DNA from: Octopus sinensis
Taxonomy: Eukaryota
Length of the DNA: 64,000 nt
Direction: 5' to 3'
NCBI RefSeq assembly: GCF_006345805.1
Contig: NC_043015.1
Location: forward strand, 30,194,001 to 30,258,000
The notes under the pieces were generated by a model. The model searched no databases. It saw only the letters and a list, made by a program, of their open reading frames with translations, and had not been told where the DNA came from. The first letter of the stretch is position 1, and each line of letters begins with the position of its first letter. This document shows positions 12,181 through 25,789 of the stretch, in pieces. Position numbers and translations under genes: made by a program.

Positions 12181-12966
12181 AGTGTTTCTCGAAGGGGAGG
12201 CCTATGGGACAGTCGGATAAGTTGTTTGGAGAAAATTTGGTTTAAATGTTTGACAACTCAGCACCGTCCATTGGACCAGGGGATAGAGGGGGGGCGTTTT
12301 GTATATATATATACATATACATGCTTGTGGTGTATGAGTGTGTGTGTGTGTGTGGTGTGTGTGTGTGTGTGTGTGCATGTATCATACATATATTTAAAAG
12401 AACTTTTATAAAATTCAAGGAAGCTAAAAATATTTAGATTATTCAAAGATTCATTGGTCATACTCCAGTATGTTTTTATTCATGGTTGCTGAAGCAAACA
12501 CATCACTGATAGAACACAAATTAATGATGTAACCATAGTAACTAAACTGGCTTTGAGTCATTCAGAAAGTAACGTTGAAGAATCGTTATTTCAATATTAA
12601 TTGGCATCATTACTCATTTAAGATTCAGATGACATTTGCTGATTAATGTAATTATAAATATATGAATTTGCAGATCTAGCTGACTTGTCTTTTACAGCTT
12701 AAAATTTAGTTGTTTTACAAGTTTTTTTCTTAAAAAAAATTTATCATGATTTAGTCAGAGAACTATGTGTTTGCATGTGTATATATATATAAGTGTGTGT
12801 GTGTGTGTGTGTATGTGTGCAGATGTAGCTTTCTTCATAATCCTGTGGCCTAAGGTTCAGTCCCATTATATGGCATCTTGGGCAAGTGTCTTCGGCAAAT
12901 GTCTTCTACTATAGCCCCAAGCAGACCAAGGCCTTCTGAATGGATTAGCAGATGGAAACTGAAAGT

Positions 12967-13015
<49 letters not shown>

Positions 13016-13705
13016 TTGCCTTGATATTACAGAATGGTTATAAACAGAAGAGCTGGCAGAAACGTTAGCACGCCGGGCGAAATACTTACCGGTATTTCGT
13101 CTGTCACTACATCCTGAGTTCAAATTCTGCCGAGGTCGACTTTGCCTTTCATCCTTTCGGGGTCGATTAAATAAGTACCAGTTGCGCACTGGGGTCGATA
13201 TAATCGACTTAATCCATTTGTCTGTCCTTGTTTGTCCTCTCTGTGTTTAGCCCCAAAAGAAATAGGTTATAAACAGGCATCATTGTTATACAAGTGATGC
13301 TGTTTATTTCCAGTCTTCCATTAAACCACGTCTGGCCATGGGAAAATATTACTTTGCTTGGAAATAGGTAAGGGTTGGTGACAGGAAGGGCATCTGGCCA
13401 TAAGAAAATTCACATCAACAAATTGACAGATGCAAGCATGGAAAGTGATGATGATTATGATGATAATGGTGGTGGTGATGGTGGTGATGGTGGTGGTGGT
13501 GGTGGCATTAGCAGTGGTGGCAGTGATGTTGGTGATTTGGTGTGGGTAGTGCTGCCTGCTGTAGTGGCAGTGATTATAGTTGTGGCAAGAGTGGTACTTG
13601 CGGTGGTGGTAGTGGTAGCATTAATTGTGGTGATGGTGGTAGTAGAAGTGGTGATGGCGGGTTTAATAGTAGTGATGATGATGGTGGTGGTGGTGGTGGT
13701 GGTGG

Positions 13706-13737
<32 letters not shown>

Positions 13738-13904
13738 GCAGTGACAGATGTGGTAGTTATGCTGGTAGTAGCAGTAGTTGTGATAATAGATTGAAAACTT
13801 GATTTTCAAAGATGGAGAAGATAGCACATAAGTTATTAAATGTTTTAAGAGGGTATGTGAGGTCTTAAGAGATACAAAAGTTATAATTAAAAAGAGAAAA
13901 CATG

Positions 13905-14325
13905 CCAGTCTGCCTCCTGTTCCTGATGGACAAAATGGAAAAGGCTTTGCCCTAGAGAAATGCAAGGGAGACATGCTGCTCACAAAGCAGTGAGTGGGGA
14001 TGTGGTCCTGATAGCAGTGAGTGGGGATGTAGTCCAGGGGCCAAGAATGCCAGAGGTTTCCATTGTCATAGGCTTGACTACAAATTTGTCAGAGAAGGGC
14101 TGATACTTTGATATTTTGACCTTCTCAGCTTGATGAGCAGTGAAGCCTGGGTTGGAAGCAGAACTCACTAGGTTACCACTGGCGAAGGTGTTGTCACATG
14201 TGGTATCTCTAGGAAAATTGTCACACTGTCTGGCCTCTTGAGATCCCCTCTGTCCAGCCCTGCTGGCTTGAGTTGGGAACGGAAACCTGTGGCATCTCAC
14301 CCACCATCCACAGTGGAATTCTATG
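13905..14325 (-). mobile_element. CRE-like non-LTR retrotransposon 3' fragment (restriction-like endonuclease domain)
   Basis: DTTCDNTFAS...AHQAEKVKISKY..F..KPMTMETSGILGP and QHVSLAFL*GKAFSIL match the RLE C-terminal pattern (D.TC...AE..K..KY...ET.G..GP...R.SLA.QRGNA.S). Confidence 0.75.
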
Positions 14326-14334
14326 TTGCTGTTA

Positions 14335-14960
14335 AATAAACTTAGATAAACTTAGATATGTTTCGACCAAAGATTGGTCCAGGCCATGTCTAACTTAATA
14401 GCACCACCTGATAGGATTATTCGAATCCTATTTAAGTCAAGTTTTGTTCAAGTAGTGAGTTCCTGTTGGGTGAGTTGTATCCAGTTTTGTTCAAGTAGTG
14501 AGTTCTTGTTGGGTGAGTTGTATCCAATTATGGGTGGCTTATCTGGTATTCTTTAAAGTTGATGGGATCCTTTTCCTCTTTGATCTCCCTCGGGACAATG
14601 TTAAATAGGGCAGGGCCTGTTGAGGAAAAGAAATTATGTTGCAGTGTGCATGTATGTTGTGATCTTGAATTGGGCAGGGGACGTATAGCCCGTGGTCCAA
14701 GTCTTGGATGAACCTTGAAGCTAATGTTTAGGTCGTTTGGGCAAAGTTGGCGGTATATTTTCCACATCGTACAAATGATGTACCACTCACGGCGACGCTG
14801 GAGGGAGTAAAGTTTCAAGGCTTTAAGGCGATCCCAATAATCGAGAGCAGCCATGCCTTCAATTTGTTTAGTGAGTGCCCTCTGGGGTGACTCAATTCTG
14901 GAGATGTTTTGTCTTGTGTGAGGAAACCTAGTATTTGAACTGAGGACATGCTTGAGCGGA
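14335..14960 (-). mobile_element. CR1-group LINE 3' fragment (ORF2 C-terminus, 3' UTR, tandem tail)
   Basis: ISRIESPQRALTKQIEGMAALDYWDRLKALKLYSLQRRREWY...GPALFNIVPREIK; (atctaagttt)2 tail; ~43-bp duplication in the UTR. Confidence 0.85.
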
Positions 14961-16316
14961 GATTTACTTTCACACTTTGATCTCTCTCTCTCAAGCACAT
15001 ATGAACAAACTCACAAACATTCTGATGTATACAAGGAAAGGAAACCGACTGTTGTGTGTCCTACAGGACATTCCTTGCCATGAATCCCCTCTAATCTTGA
15101 TCCCACTGTTGAACGTGCACCTCTTGCCCCAACTCTCTGTTTTGGTGCTATTACAATTCTCACTATTCCTCTGTTTGTGTCCTGTCTTCCACACTTATGT
15201 ATAGATAGCTTGATTTATGTGTTGGAGTCTGTTTCTGCTTGATAGGAAGACTAGATAGACAGACAGACAGACAGACAGATAGTGTGTGTGTGTGAGAGAG
15301 AGAGAGAGACAGCTGGTTAGATAGATAGATAATCAGATAAATAGATATATATACAAACATATATATATATATATATATATACAAACAGATAGTTAGATAG
15401 TTAGAGAGATAGATAACTGTATAAGCAGAAATAGAAAGTCAGAGAGGCAGACATAAAGCAAGAGATTGATGGTCTGATAGGTCTGTTACTCCACCTTTGA
15501 ACATCTTTCTTTACTTTTCTTTCATTCCCTCTCTCTCTCTCTCTTTCTCAATACGCAAGCACATACACACATATACACAAATACAAACGGATATTAGAAA
15601 GGACATCAAGACACAAAGCGGTAGGAGCAGAGAGAAATATTAGTGAAGGAAAGAGATAAATGAAAAAGAATGTAATATTGCATACTGACCCAGAGAGAGA
15701 GAGAGAGAGGGTAAGTAAGGAAGAGAGACAGAGAGAGAGGGTAAGTAAAGATGAGAAAAAGAGAAAGATAGAGAGGGTAAGTAAGGGTGAGAGAAAGAAA
15801 GAGAGTAGTATTGATTCATATACACCAGACCATAACATATACCATTGATATCAATATTGAATGTATCTCAAAGCTTTTTATTTATTAAGAATGATATATA
15901 ATTTGTATCTCACATCTATCAATTCATCATTCATTTTTATAAATTAGTACTTGTTCACATGGTATTTTTTTTTCAATCTATTCCTGCTAGTTGGTTACGG
16001 TCATACTTGTGTACTGCTGTTAGTACTCCAACAACTTGTGTCCCTGCTTGGTATTTGATGATCCAGAGTAGCTTGATATTGTGGCCATCTGTAACTCTCT
16101 CTCTCTCTCTCTCTCTCTCCTACCACCCCCTCATACTATATTCTCATCACTTTTTAGTCGAGCAAATCGACCCTAGGACTTATTCTTTGTATGCCTAATA
16201 CTTATTCTATCGGTCACTTTTTTGCTAAACCGCTAAGTTGCGGGGTACGTAAACACACCAGCATCGGTTGTGAAGTGATGTTGGTGAGGGTGGGGGAGAA
16301 ATACAGACACATAAAC

Positions 16317-16363
<47 letters not shown>

Positions 16364-16499
16364 ATTTAATTTTTTCATTGTTGAATTGATAAAGGGTGGT
16401 TTTTTGCTAATTTATATATACATACATATATATATGCATACATACATATATATATATATATATGTACATATACATACATATATATGCATACATAGATAC

Positions 16500-17412
16500 A
16501 TACATACATTATGGCTGCCCCCTCGTTATTGAGTATGGCCATTGCATGAAGCTTAACTGTTACTGGTGCTGCTGTGATCGAATGTGACTTTTTAGCCCAG
16601 CTAAAGATCTACAATGTCTTGTACAAAATTGGCAGCTAAAACATTTACCGGTAATAACCGGCTGTAGTTGTAACTGGGCTTCATGTACCTTTGCATGTCG
16701 TTTAAATCCTCCTGCCGAATTACACTCTCTTCCACATGCCTGACGGATATGATTAGTATGGTGTGTTACACTACCACCACTGGCCAGGTTGTCACTCATC
16801 TGTCTTGTTTTATGACTACGAAGATGACTCTTGAGTCCAGCTTTACTGAGGCAGGGTCTTTCACAGACATTGCATGTCAGCATCAAAGGAAGACCCTTCC
16901 CTTCTGGAAGTGTAACAGCGATGCCCTTCCTGATGTCCCTCCTTACTTTCTCATGTGCAACTCGAGATTTCTCAAAAGTGGCTGTCCCCTCATGCACAAT
17001 CCTTCTCCACCTGCTACGCTCAATAGCTATGCCCTCCCATGTGTCAGGAGAGATGCTTGCATCTCGTAAGGAAGCCTTCAGCAAGTCCTTATACCTCTTT
17101 TTTGGTTTATGTGGGGGTCGTTCTCCTTTAGCTAACTCTCCTTAAAAGAGTTGTTTTGGCATCCTTGAATCCTTCATTCTGACCAGATGACCACTCCGTC
17201 TGAGCCTTTGCTTTAACACAAGAGCTTCTATATTTTCACACCGAGAGCCTTCCATTATTTCAAGATCACTGATGCGGTCCTTCCACTTAATGCCATAGAT
17301 TGGTCTGAGGCACATCTGATGGAAACGTTCCAGTTGTTTAAGGTGGTATTGATATGTGACCCACGTCTCGCAGGCATAGAGATGAGAAGGGAGCACACAT
17401 GCCTTGTACACC

Positions 17413-17425
<13 letters not shown>
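16500..17425 (-). mobile_element. RTE LINE 3' ~0.9 kb: ORF2 C-terminus with three C2H2-type zinc fingers and one premature stop
   Basis: KVYKACVLPSHLYACETW...GHLVRMKDSRMPKQLF*GELAKGERPPHKPKKRYKDLLKASL...W...SRW in one frame (stop at 17142-17144), ending at 16560; (ATGT)n on both sides. Confidence 0.9.
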
Positions 17426-17444
<19 letters not shown>

Positions 17445-17548
17445 GTTAAGCACAGTACATTCCAACCGACTGGTTGTGTCATGTCAAGGGAAATAACTCA
17501 AATAGAGTAAAAGACAAATAAGTGAAAGTTAAATGAATTGTGATGGCA

Positions 17549-17607
17549 GCAGTGTCATTGCAGTGTCATTGCAGTGTCATTGCAGTGTCATTGCAGTGTC
17601 ATTGCAG
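17549..17607. repeat. 11-bp tandem repeat (GCAGTGTCATT)x5
   Basis: Read directly from the sequence. Confidence 0.9.
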
Positions 17608-18384
17608 CTGATAATGGTGAATAGAGGCAGAGGAAGATTAGCGTTCAGGTAAGGAGGGCTTAGAGATACAAGACACAAGAGACAAAAAAGGTACGGCAAA
17701 AAAAGAAAAGAAAAAAAAAGAAATCGAAATGAGAGAAAATAACAGTAACAATAATGGTAAATGGTGGTGGCTGAGTGCAATGATGTTTATTGTTTTTGAT
17801 GGTTGTTGTTTGTTTGTTGTTGGTAGTCATGAGATTGTGATGGTATTGCTTGACAACAAATACTTGCACTAAGGATGCACACAACTAAGTCGTACGGTAT
17901 TTCTTTTAAAAAATTTATGTCCGCAAAAATAGTTTGCCATTAGTCTCTTGCTACATACAACCATCGCCTCACCACCACCACCACCACCACCTCCATTAAT
18001 TAACATACCATCACCATCATCACTATAAAAAACTACAGCTGTTCTCAGTGCGTGTGTGTATGGGTATGATTGTATGTCTGTAGTCTATTGATTCATGGCA
18101 TTTCTTTTTTGTCGCTTTCTTCCCCATCTCTTCTCTTTCCCTGCTAAACATCTCGACTAACACTTGTTACAATCAATTTCCTCTTTTATCAATCTACCCC
18201 CACCCACCCTTCTCTCCCCCTTCTTTTTTTTTTCTTTATCTTGTCTGCTAGTTGTCATTGTCTTTACCATCACAAAAATAGTTCTGAGTTTTCACTACTG
18301 AAACTCATGGAATTTCTTTTAGGAAAAAAATAGTACCATTCAAGTAAGTTGTCAGAAGCAGTAGAGAAAAAAGTGAGTTCCTAC

Positions 18385-18528
18385 ATCTGGTTCAAGACAG
18401 GAGATGAGTGTTGCTTTTAGTTCTGTGAGGAACTTCTGTTCAATAAAAATCAATTGTTGTGGTTGATAGATGTCTGGCTCAGTCACATCTCTGTCAACTA
18501 ATTCTGTGTTGCGGGTGTCTGAGTAGTT
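18385..18528 (-). CDS. Possible isolated 144-nt phase 0-0 coding exon of an unknown host gene
   Basis: cattag|AAC...GAT|gtagga, open frame NYSDTRNTELVDRDVTEPDIYQPQQLIFIEQKFLTELKATLISCLEPD; splice signals weak, no homology recognised. Confidence 0.2.
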
Positions 18529-18908
18529 CTAATGTTTCAGTGGAGGGGGCTAAAACCATACAGAAGTACTTCCCTACCTGTTGAGACATCAATTCCAGCA
18601 TTCAGATAAGTACTTACCCAAATGCATGTGTGTGTGTGAGAGAGAGAGAGATAGTGCATACTTGTGTGTGTGTGTGTGTGTGCGTGCTTGAATTTATAAA
18701 CGAAACTGATAAAATTACTCAATATGTATAATAGTCAAAGTTTATTCAGTGGTTCAGCTTGACATGAATATAGAATAGTGTTACCTGTCTTATGACAGGT
18801 AACTTTGGAAATGTACTCTTGCCACCATAGGAAATATGGAAAACATAAAATAATTATAATTCAATTTCTATCAGATTTCTTGGTGCTTATACAAAATGAT
18901 GAAATGAA

Positions 18909-19210
18909 TTGTTTGTTCCTTCTCAAGCCATGCCTGGCTCATAAGGGCCGGTTTCCCGGTTTCCTTGGCATATAGGTTCCCCACCTGGACAGGACACCGG
19001 TCCGTCGCAGGTGAGCTGCAAGATGCAGGAGGAAAGAGTGAGAGAAAGTTGTGGCGAAAGAGTCAGCAGAAGTTCGCCATTACCTTCTGCCAGAGCTGTG
19101 TGGAGCTTAGGTGTTTTGCTCATAAACACACACATCGCCCGGTCTGAGATTCGAATCTGCGATCCCTCGATTGCAAGTCCGCTGCTCTAACCACTAGGCC
19201 ATGTGCCTCC
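18909..19210 (-). mobile_element. tRNA-derived SINE with CORE-like and V-domain-like segments
   Basis: tggcctagtggttagagc (A box), gattcgaatctc (B box), gtttatgagcaaaacacctaagctcc, cctgcgacggaccggtgtcctgtccagg, tail aggaacaaacaa. Confidence 0.7.
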
Positions 19211-20645
19211 ATGATGAAATGAATACTAATTTCTAAAAAGAAAATATTCTTTATTCTAATATATATGTGTGTGTATGCATATATGTATTGGGTAAGTGTC
19301 TGCTGCTGTGTCCTCAGGCCAAACAAGGCCTTGGGCAAGTGGATTCGGAAGATGGAAACTGCAAAGACAAATATTTTTTCGGCCACAGGTACTCCTGGCC
19401 TTCACAACTTTTTTCAATCCTTGTGTAATTCCTTGAAATTATTTTTCCAAAAAACTTTCATGTAGGCAGACAAACACAGTTCTCGCACATAACTGAGAAT
19501 AATTCAATTCTCAAATTAAATTAATTTGGAGAGAGGACCCGCCTCCAAACAGCAGTTCTCACAGCTAAGTGAGAAAAACACACGTCTCTACCACAAGAAG
19601 ACCAAAGCCTAGAATCCAGTGAGGCCTCCTTGCTTGTACAAACAATGAATCCCCACTAGACTCAAAAAGCAAAAACGGTCTTACCTTACAGTAGAGCGTC
19701 TTTCAATACAATTTTCGTCCACTGCACACCAGCGTGACGACTTCAGTGGTCTTACCACACAGCCGTGCTGATAAGTGAACAATTTATATTGTACGGTATT
19801 TGATATGTCTGTATTTGTATATGTTGTTCAAATACATGCCACCGGCCACTCTGAGTTATTTCTCCTGGCTCATTTCTGTTCAACTGTGCAAGTTTAGTCC
19901 CTTGGATACAGGAGATAAGGTAAGACAATTCTCATGTTGATGATGAGTGTTGAACCGGAAACACATGTCTACAACTATCCTCTTATCTCAAGACATCACA
20001 CCTCTCCTTTTCTTTAATGACATATCAACATTAGAGAATTCTTAAGTCTTGAGATTGTCTCCTTTTCTCATACAGAGCTTGTCTTAATTGCCATTCGATA
20101 ATTAAGACAAATCCTGTAGAAGCGGAGATAATTTTAATACATCAATAATTTATGTTGTATGGTATTTGATATACCTGTATTTGTCTGTATATACATACAG
20201 GAATCATTTGGTAATGCCAGTGTTGGTCACTATGTCTTAATATATTTATGGTCTGAAGACTGCAGCCGAAACATTTCCACTCTGATACTGTAAGATGTGT
20301 GGTCTTGATTCTGTGGCTGTGTTTGTACATGACTCAGACTACAAAATATGTATATGTACATGCACACACATATATATACACTCACATACTGAATATATTA
20401 TGTGTGTATGCATGTGCACATGGACTCACATGTGTGAAAATGTCAAGGAGGGAGGAAGGGAAGGAGGGAGAGAGAGAGAAGGCATAGAATAAGGAGGAGA
20501 AAAATTGAAAAGTAAGGGCAAAGTGAGAGAGAAAAAGAGATGAAGAGGTAGACACAGAGATTGACAGAAAGAGGTAGACAGAGACAGAAAGACAGAAGCA
20601 TAAAAGTGAGAGACAGAGAGAGAGAGAAAGAGAAAAATAGAATTT

Positions 20646-20649
<4 letters not shown>

Positions 20650-20680
<31 letters not shown>

Positions 20681-20693
20681 ATATGTATGTATG

Positions 20694-20749
<56 letters not shown>

Positions 20750-20822
20750 GTATATATATGTATGTATGTATATATATGTATGTATGTATATATATATGTA
20801 TGTATGTATATACATGTGTATG

Positions 20823-20861
<39 letters not shown>

Positions 20862-21060
20862 ATGTATATATATGTGTATATATATATATATGTGGTGTGT
20901 GTATGTATATATATGTGTATGTATATATATGTATGTGTGTGTATATATATATATAATGTATATATATTTATGTATATATATATGTATGTGTGTGTATATA
21001 TATATGTATATGTATGTATATATATATATATGTATGTATGAGAGAGAGAGAGAGAGAGAA
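20650..21060. repeat. Compound TA/TG/TATG/GA microsatellite block
   Basis: Read directly; source of the Y/I/V/C-rich spurious ORFs. Confidence 0.95.
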
Positions 21061-21507
21061 GTAAGTAAAATCAATAGTAGAAAGTTTATTGTGTGAATAT
21101 AGTAACCTAATTGGCATCGGTTCAATTCCTGTGTGGAATCAATACACATTAATCAGCATCACTTTATCAATAAGATTACAACACTGACCGATAATTAACT
21201 AATTGATACAAACCAACGAGGGAGCCTTTCTATGTAAGTTACTAAACATGCTACAAACAGCAGCCAGATCTCCCTCAAATCACACTCCTTGCTCATTTAA
21301 AGACTTCAGTAAAAGTACGCATAAGTTTTGGCTTGGCTGTGTGACAAGACGTTTGCTTTCCAGCCTCATGGTTCTAGGTTCAGTCTCAATGTGTGGCATC
21401 TTGAGTGTGTGTCTGCTACTATAAACCTAGGCTCATCAAATCCTTTTGAGTGAATTTGGTGGACAGAAACTGAAAGGAGCCTCTTGTGTGTATGTGTGTG
21501 TGTGTGT

Positions 21508-21548
<41 letters not shown>

Positions 21549-23059
21549 GTGTGTATGTGTGTATGTATGTATGTGTGTGTATGTATGTGTGTGTGCATGT
21601 GCCTGCATGCATGTGTGTGTGTGCATCCATGTGCACGTGTGCATGCACATACACACACATGCACGTCTGTGTATGTGTGTGTGTGTTTGTGTGTTTGTCT
21701 CCCACCATTGCTTCATAACCAGTGTTGGTTTGTTTATGTCTCTGCATAAGAGACCAATAGAAAAAAGTACCAGGTAGAAAAAAAAATAAAGGTGGTGCCC
21801 CAGCATGGCTGCAGCCCAATGATTGAAGTGAGTAAAAGATAAAAGATTAGATGATGTAGTCCTAGCCAAATGGTTAAGAAGTTCACTTCACAATCATGAG
21901 GCTCTGGGTTCGATTCTACTGTATGGCATCTTGGGCAAGTTTCTGTTACCATACTGTTGGATAAATCCAAGCCTTGTGGTTCAAATTTGGTTGAGAGAAA
22001 CTTTTTAGAAACCTGTGAGATGGATTACTCCTGTAATTCAGAGAGCCATTAAGTATATATGTGTGATCATTGACAGAGCGGCTAACCGGCTTCCGTGCCA
22101 GTAGCACTTAAAAGGCACCATTTGAGCATGATCGTTACCAGCGTCGCCTTACTGGCACTCAAGCCCCGTGCTAGTAGGGCATTAAGAGCACCAACCAAGC
22201 GTGTTCGTTGCCAGAGCAGCTATCTGGCCTCCATGCCGGTGGCACGTAAAAGACACCATTCAAGCGTGATCGTTACCAGCATCGCCTTACTGGCACCTGT
22301 GCCAGTGGCATGTGTAAAAGATTCGAGTGAGGTCATTGCCAGTGCCACTTGACTGGCCCTGTGCCGGTGGCACATAAAAGCACTCACTACACTCTCGGAG
22401 TGGTTGGCGTTAGGAAGGGCATCCAGCTGTAGAAACTCTGCCAGATCAAGATTGAAGCCTGGTGCAGCCATCTGGTTTGCCAGCCCTCAGTCATACGTCT
22501 AACCCATGCTAGCATGGAAAGCAGACGTTAAACGATGATGATGATGATGATGCTGATGTAGAGTACTCAGGCACTTAAATGCTAATTCAGTGGTGTGTAG
22601 ACCATTCTACTAATTGAACAAGTGGAGCACTCCTCATTGAAACCAACAGAGATCCCTTGATTTATTTTAGATACACTATGTATTAATAACAGATAGGAGA
22701 GCCATAGCTGGAACATAGCATATGCAAATACATGGACAACACATGAGGTTGAACTTAGGAGCTTGTGGTTGTGAAGTACATTTCTTAACCATAACCCTTA
22801 ACCTAATCCTGCGCCTATCCATGCAGAAAAAAATGCAGTTGTAATCTTATTGATTATCAGCCAATATATTTTACCCAAGAAAATGTATGAATGTCCCAAC
22901 ATCCCATTTTACCTGTAAATTCTGTGATTATTTTTTAATGCACAATATTTATTGCTTTGAGAAATGCATGAATGCATCACAGTTCCATTTATCATCCAAA
23001 GATTCATGTTGATGCATGAATTTTTATACCTGCTTCTCAGTATAATTGGATGCTGCTGA

Positions 23060-23315
23060 AATATGATGCAGATGCTGGAACTGCATTGGCCACGCCCTCA
23101 GACAAGATCAAGAAATTGGTTGCATGGTGGCTCTAAATAGGCAGACCGAAGAGGAAAGTGCAGCAAGGTGCCCGAGAACCAGATGGTGAAGGACCATTGA
23201 GGAGGGAGGAGAAGCTGGAAGGAGATCAAAACAGTGGCAGAAAATAGAGCTAGTTGGAGAAATCACGTTGCATCCTTAAGTACCTCATGACATGGAGAGC
23301 ACTAACTAATTAACT
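23060..23315 (+). mobile_element. RTE LINE 3' fragment
   Basis: RCWNCIGHALRQ...PRTRW*RTIEE...SWKEIKTVAENRASWRNHVASL followed by an (actaatta)-like tail. Confidence 0.75.
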
Positions 23316-23838
23316 AAGTATAATTAGATGAAAGCTTATGATCACACTAGGTGACAACAATGATGACCCCCACCCACTATTAACCTCTACAGGGTTTCTG
23401 AGAATAGTGGGAGAGAGGAAGAAAAGTATCCTTAAACTGGAGGTCTGGTCTGAATGCTTGCAATGGAGTGGATTCCCTTAGAGGCATCCAGCATGCAATG
23501 CCCCTTCTTGGTGGCTAATTCTATCAACATTTGAGCTTTCATCTTTACATTAATATACTTATAGATGTTAGGAGGGAAAATACTGCTTCATTTGATGGGG
23601 TCTTGATGATTTTAGATGATCATAAGAGTTTGGTAGAGTTTGAGCAAAATTGGGTGAGGGCCACCAAAAGATGATTTTGCACAAGGTTGGAATAACGTTG
23701 GTCAGAGGTTTATTTAATCAGGACAGACCTGAGACTAAACTAGTCTTAGTTAATTTTACTGACAATCCCTAGATAAACTGAGGCTACGGTCATCGATACT
23801 GTAAATGTGTAAATAAATCTACATGTCCTTTCAGAGCA

Positions 23839-23869
<31 letters not shown>

Positions 23870-25049
23870 GTTCTGTTTTGTTACCATCATCAAAATTGTC
23901 ATCATCATTATCATCATCATCATCATCGCCATTGTTATTGCTGATGTTGTTGTTATTGGCTTCAGTATCTTCGTTATCAAGGCGGCGAGCTGCCAGAATC
24001 GTTATCACACCGGGTGAAATGCGTAGCCGTTCTTTGTCTGCCGTTACGTTCTGAGTTCAAATTCCACCGAGATCGACTTTGCCTTTCGTCCTTTCGGGGT
24101 CGATTAAATAAGTACCAGTTACGCACTGGGGGATCGATGTAATCGACTTAATCCGTGTGTCTGTCCTTGTTTGTCTCCTCTGTGTTTAGCCCCTTGTGGG
24201 TAGTAAAGAAATAGGTATTTCGTCTGCCGTTACGTTCTGAGTTCAAATTCCGCCGTGGTCGACTTTGCCTTTCATCCTTTCGGGGTCGATAAATTAAGTA
24301 CCAGTTATGCACTGGGGTCAATGTAATCGACTTAATCCGTGTGTCTGTCCTTGTTTGTCCCTCTCTGTGTTTAGCCCCTTGTGGGCAATAAAGGAATAAT
24401 TATCTTCGTCGTCATCATTGCTGTCACTCTCAACATCATCATCAGCATCATCAATATCATGGTCATGATCATCACCATTGTCATCGTCATCACCATCATT
24501 GCTATTGTCATCATCATCATCATCATCACCACCACTTCTGCTATATTTATTTTCTCATTCCTGCTTCTGCTTTACAGACCCTTACTTCCACCATCCAGTA
24601 TGGTTGTCAGGGTCACTGCACCTAATTACACCAACCGTGATGCTGATAACCATCATCAGCATCATGATCATTATCATCAGTAACTGCCACAAACACCATT
24701 ACCACTACCACCAACACCAACACACTGCAATCATCATCATCATCATCACCACAACTACCATCGTAGTGACCACCACAACTATTGCAACTACCACCACTCT
24801 CATCTTCCCCACCATTCTCCTTTCCTCCTCCCTGACTGCTCTGCCCCCCCCCTTCCCATCTTAACTTCACCACTGCCACCACCACCACCACCACCATCAT
24901 ATAAATATCATGACTTCCTGTCGGATTCACAGTTGGATTGGATCAATGTTCTGACAGTTACAGAACTGCGACATAACAATGTTCTTGTTTCAGATATTTA
25001 TTCAAGCAGTTCAGGCTAACAGTTGGTTGGCTAACTCACTAACAAAGCA

Positions 25050-25303
25050 GCCATCGTCATCGTCATCATCATCATCATCATAATCATAATCATCATCGTC
25101 ATAATCATAACCATCATCATCATCATCATCGTCGTCATCAACATCGTCATCATCATCATCGTCATCATCATCGTCGTCATCATCATCATCGTCATCATAA
25201 TCATCATAATCATCATCATCATCGTCATCATAATCATCATAATCATCACCATCATCATCATCGTCGTCATCATCATAATCATCATCATCATCGTCGTCAT
25301 CAC

Positions 25304-25340
<37 letters not shown>
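25050..25340. repeat. (ATC)n-type trinucleotide tract
   Basis: Read directly; source of the poly-Met ORF. Confidence 0.95.
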
Positions 25341-25343
<3 letters not shown>

Positions 25344-25789
25344 TCAATAATAGCTTAAATAGTTGCATATATACATACATATGCACACACACGTATATAT
25401 TATATCATCATCGTCAATTTCCAAGTAAGGTAATATTCTCCTGTGATCAGGCATATTTTTACAGGTGAATGGATATGAAGGATGCTCTCTCACGCAATGT
25501 TAAGGCAAGGAGTTATGCTTACATGTACACACACGTGCACATACATACATAAATACTTACAAACATACCTATCTGTCTATCCAACCATCTATCTATCTAT
25601 CTGGTTATCTATCTATCTATCTATCTATCTCTCTATCTCTCTATCTCTCTATCTATCTATCTATCTATCCATCCATCCATCCATCTATCTATCCATCTAA
25701 CTATCTATCTATCTGTCTGTCTATCTATCTATCTGTTTATCTATCTGTCTGTCTGTCTGTTTTTGTACACACACACACACACACACACA

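Noticed and set aside
19685-19767. Possible 83-nt minus-strand exon (cag|CACGGC...AAG|gtaaga); one frame is superficially insulin-B-like (RLCGK..LVC)
   Set aside because: The insulin-like frame has the wrong Cys spacing and a stop. The open frame ends in phase 2, incompatible with the 18.4-kb candidate. It sits beside PLE-like repeats.
19945-20285. Two hammerhead-like motifs (tgatga..ggaaacacatgtc; ctgaagactgcagccgaaacattt)
   Set aside because: Core or stems are broken; counted only as degenerate remnants.
23400-23760. Possible I/Nimb-clade LINE remnant (LLKLYQTL...)
   Set aside because: Too degraded; only a short motif resembles the family.
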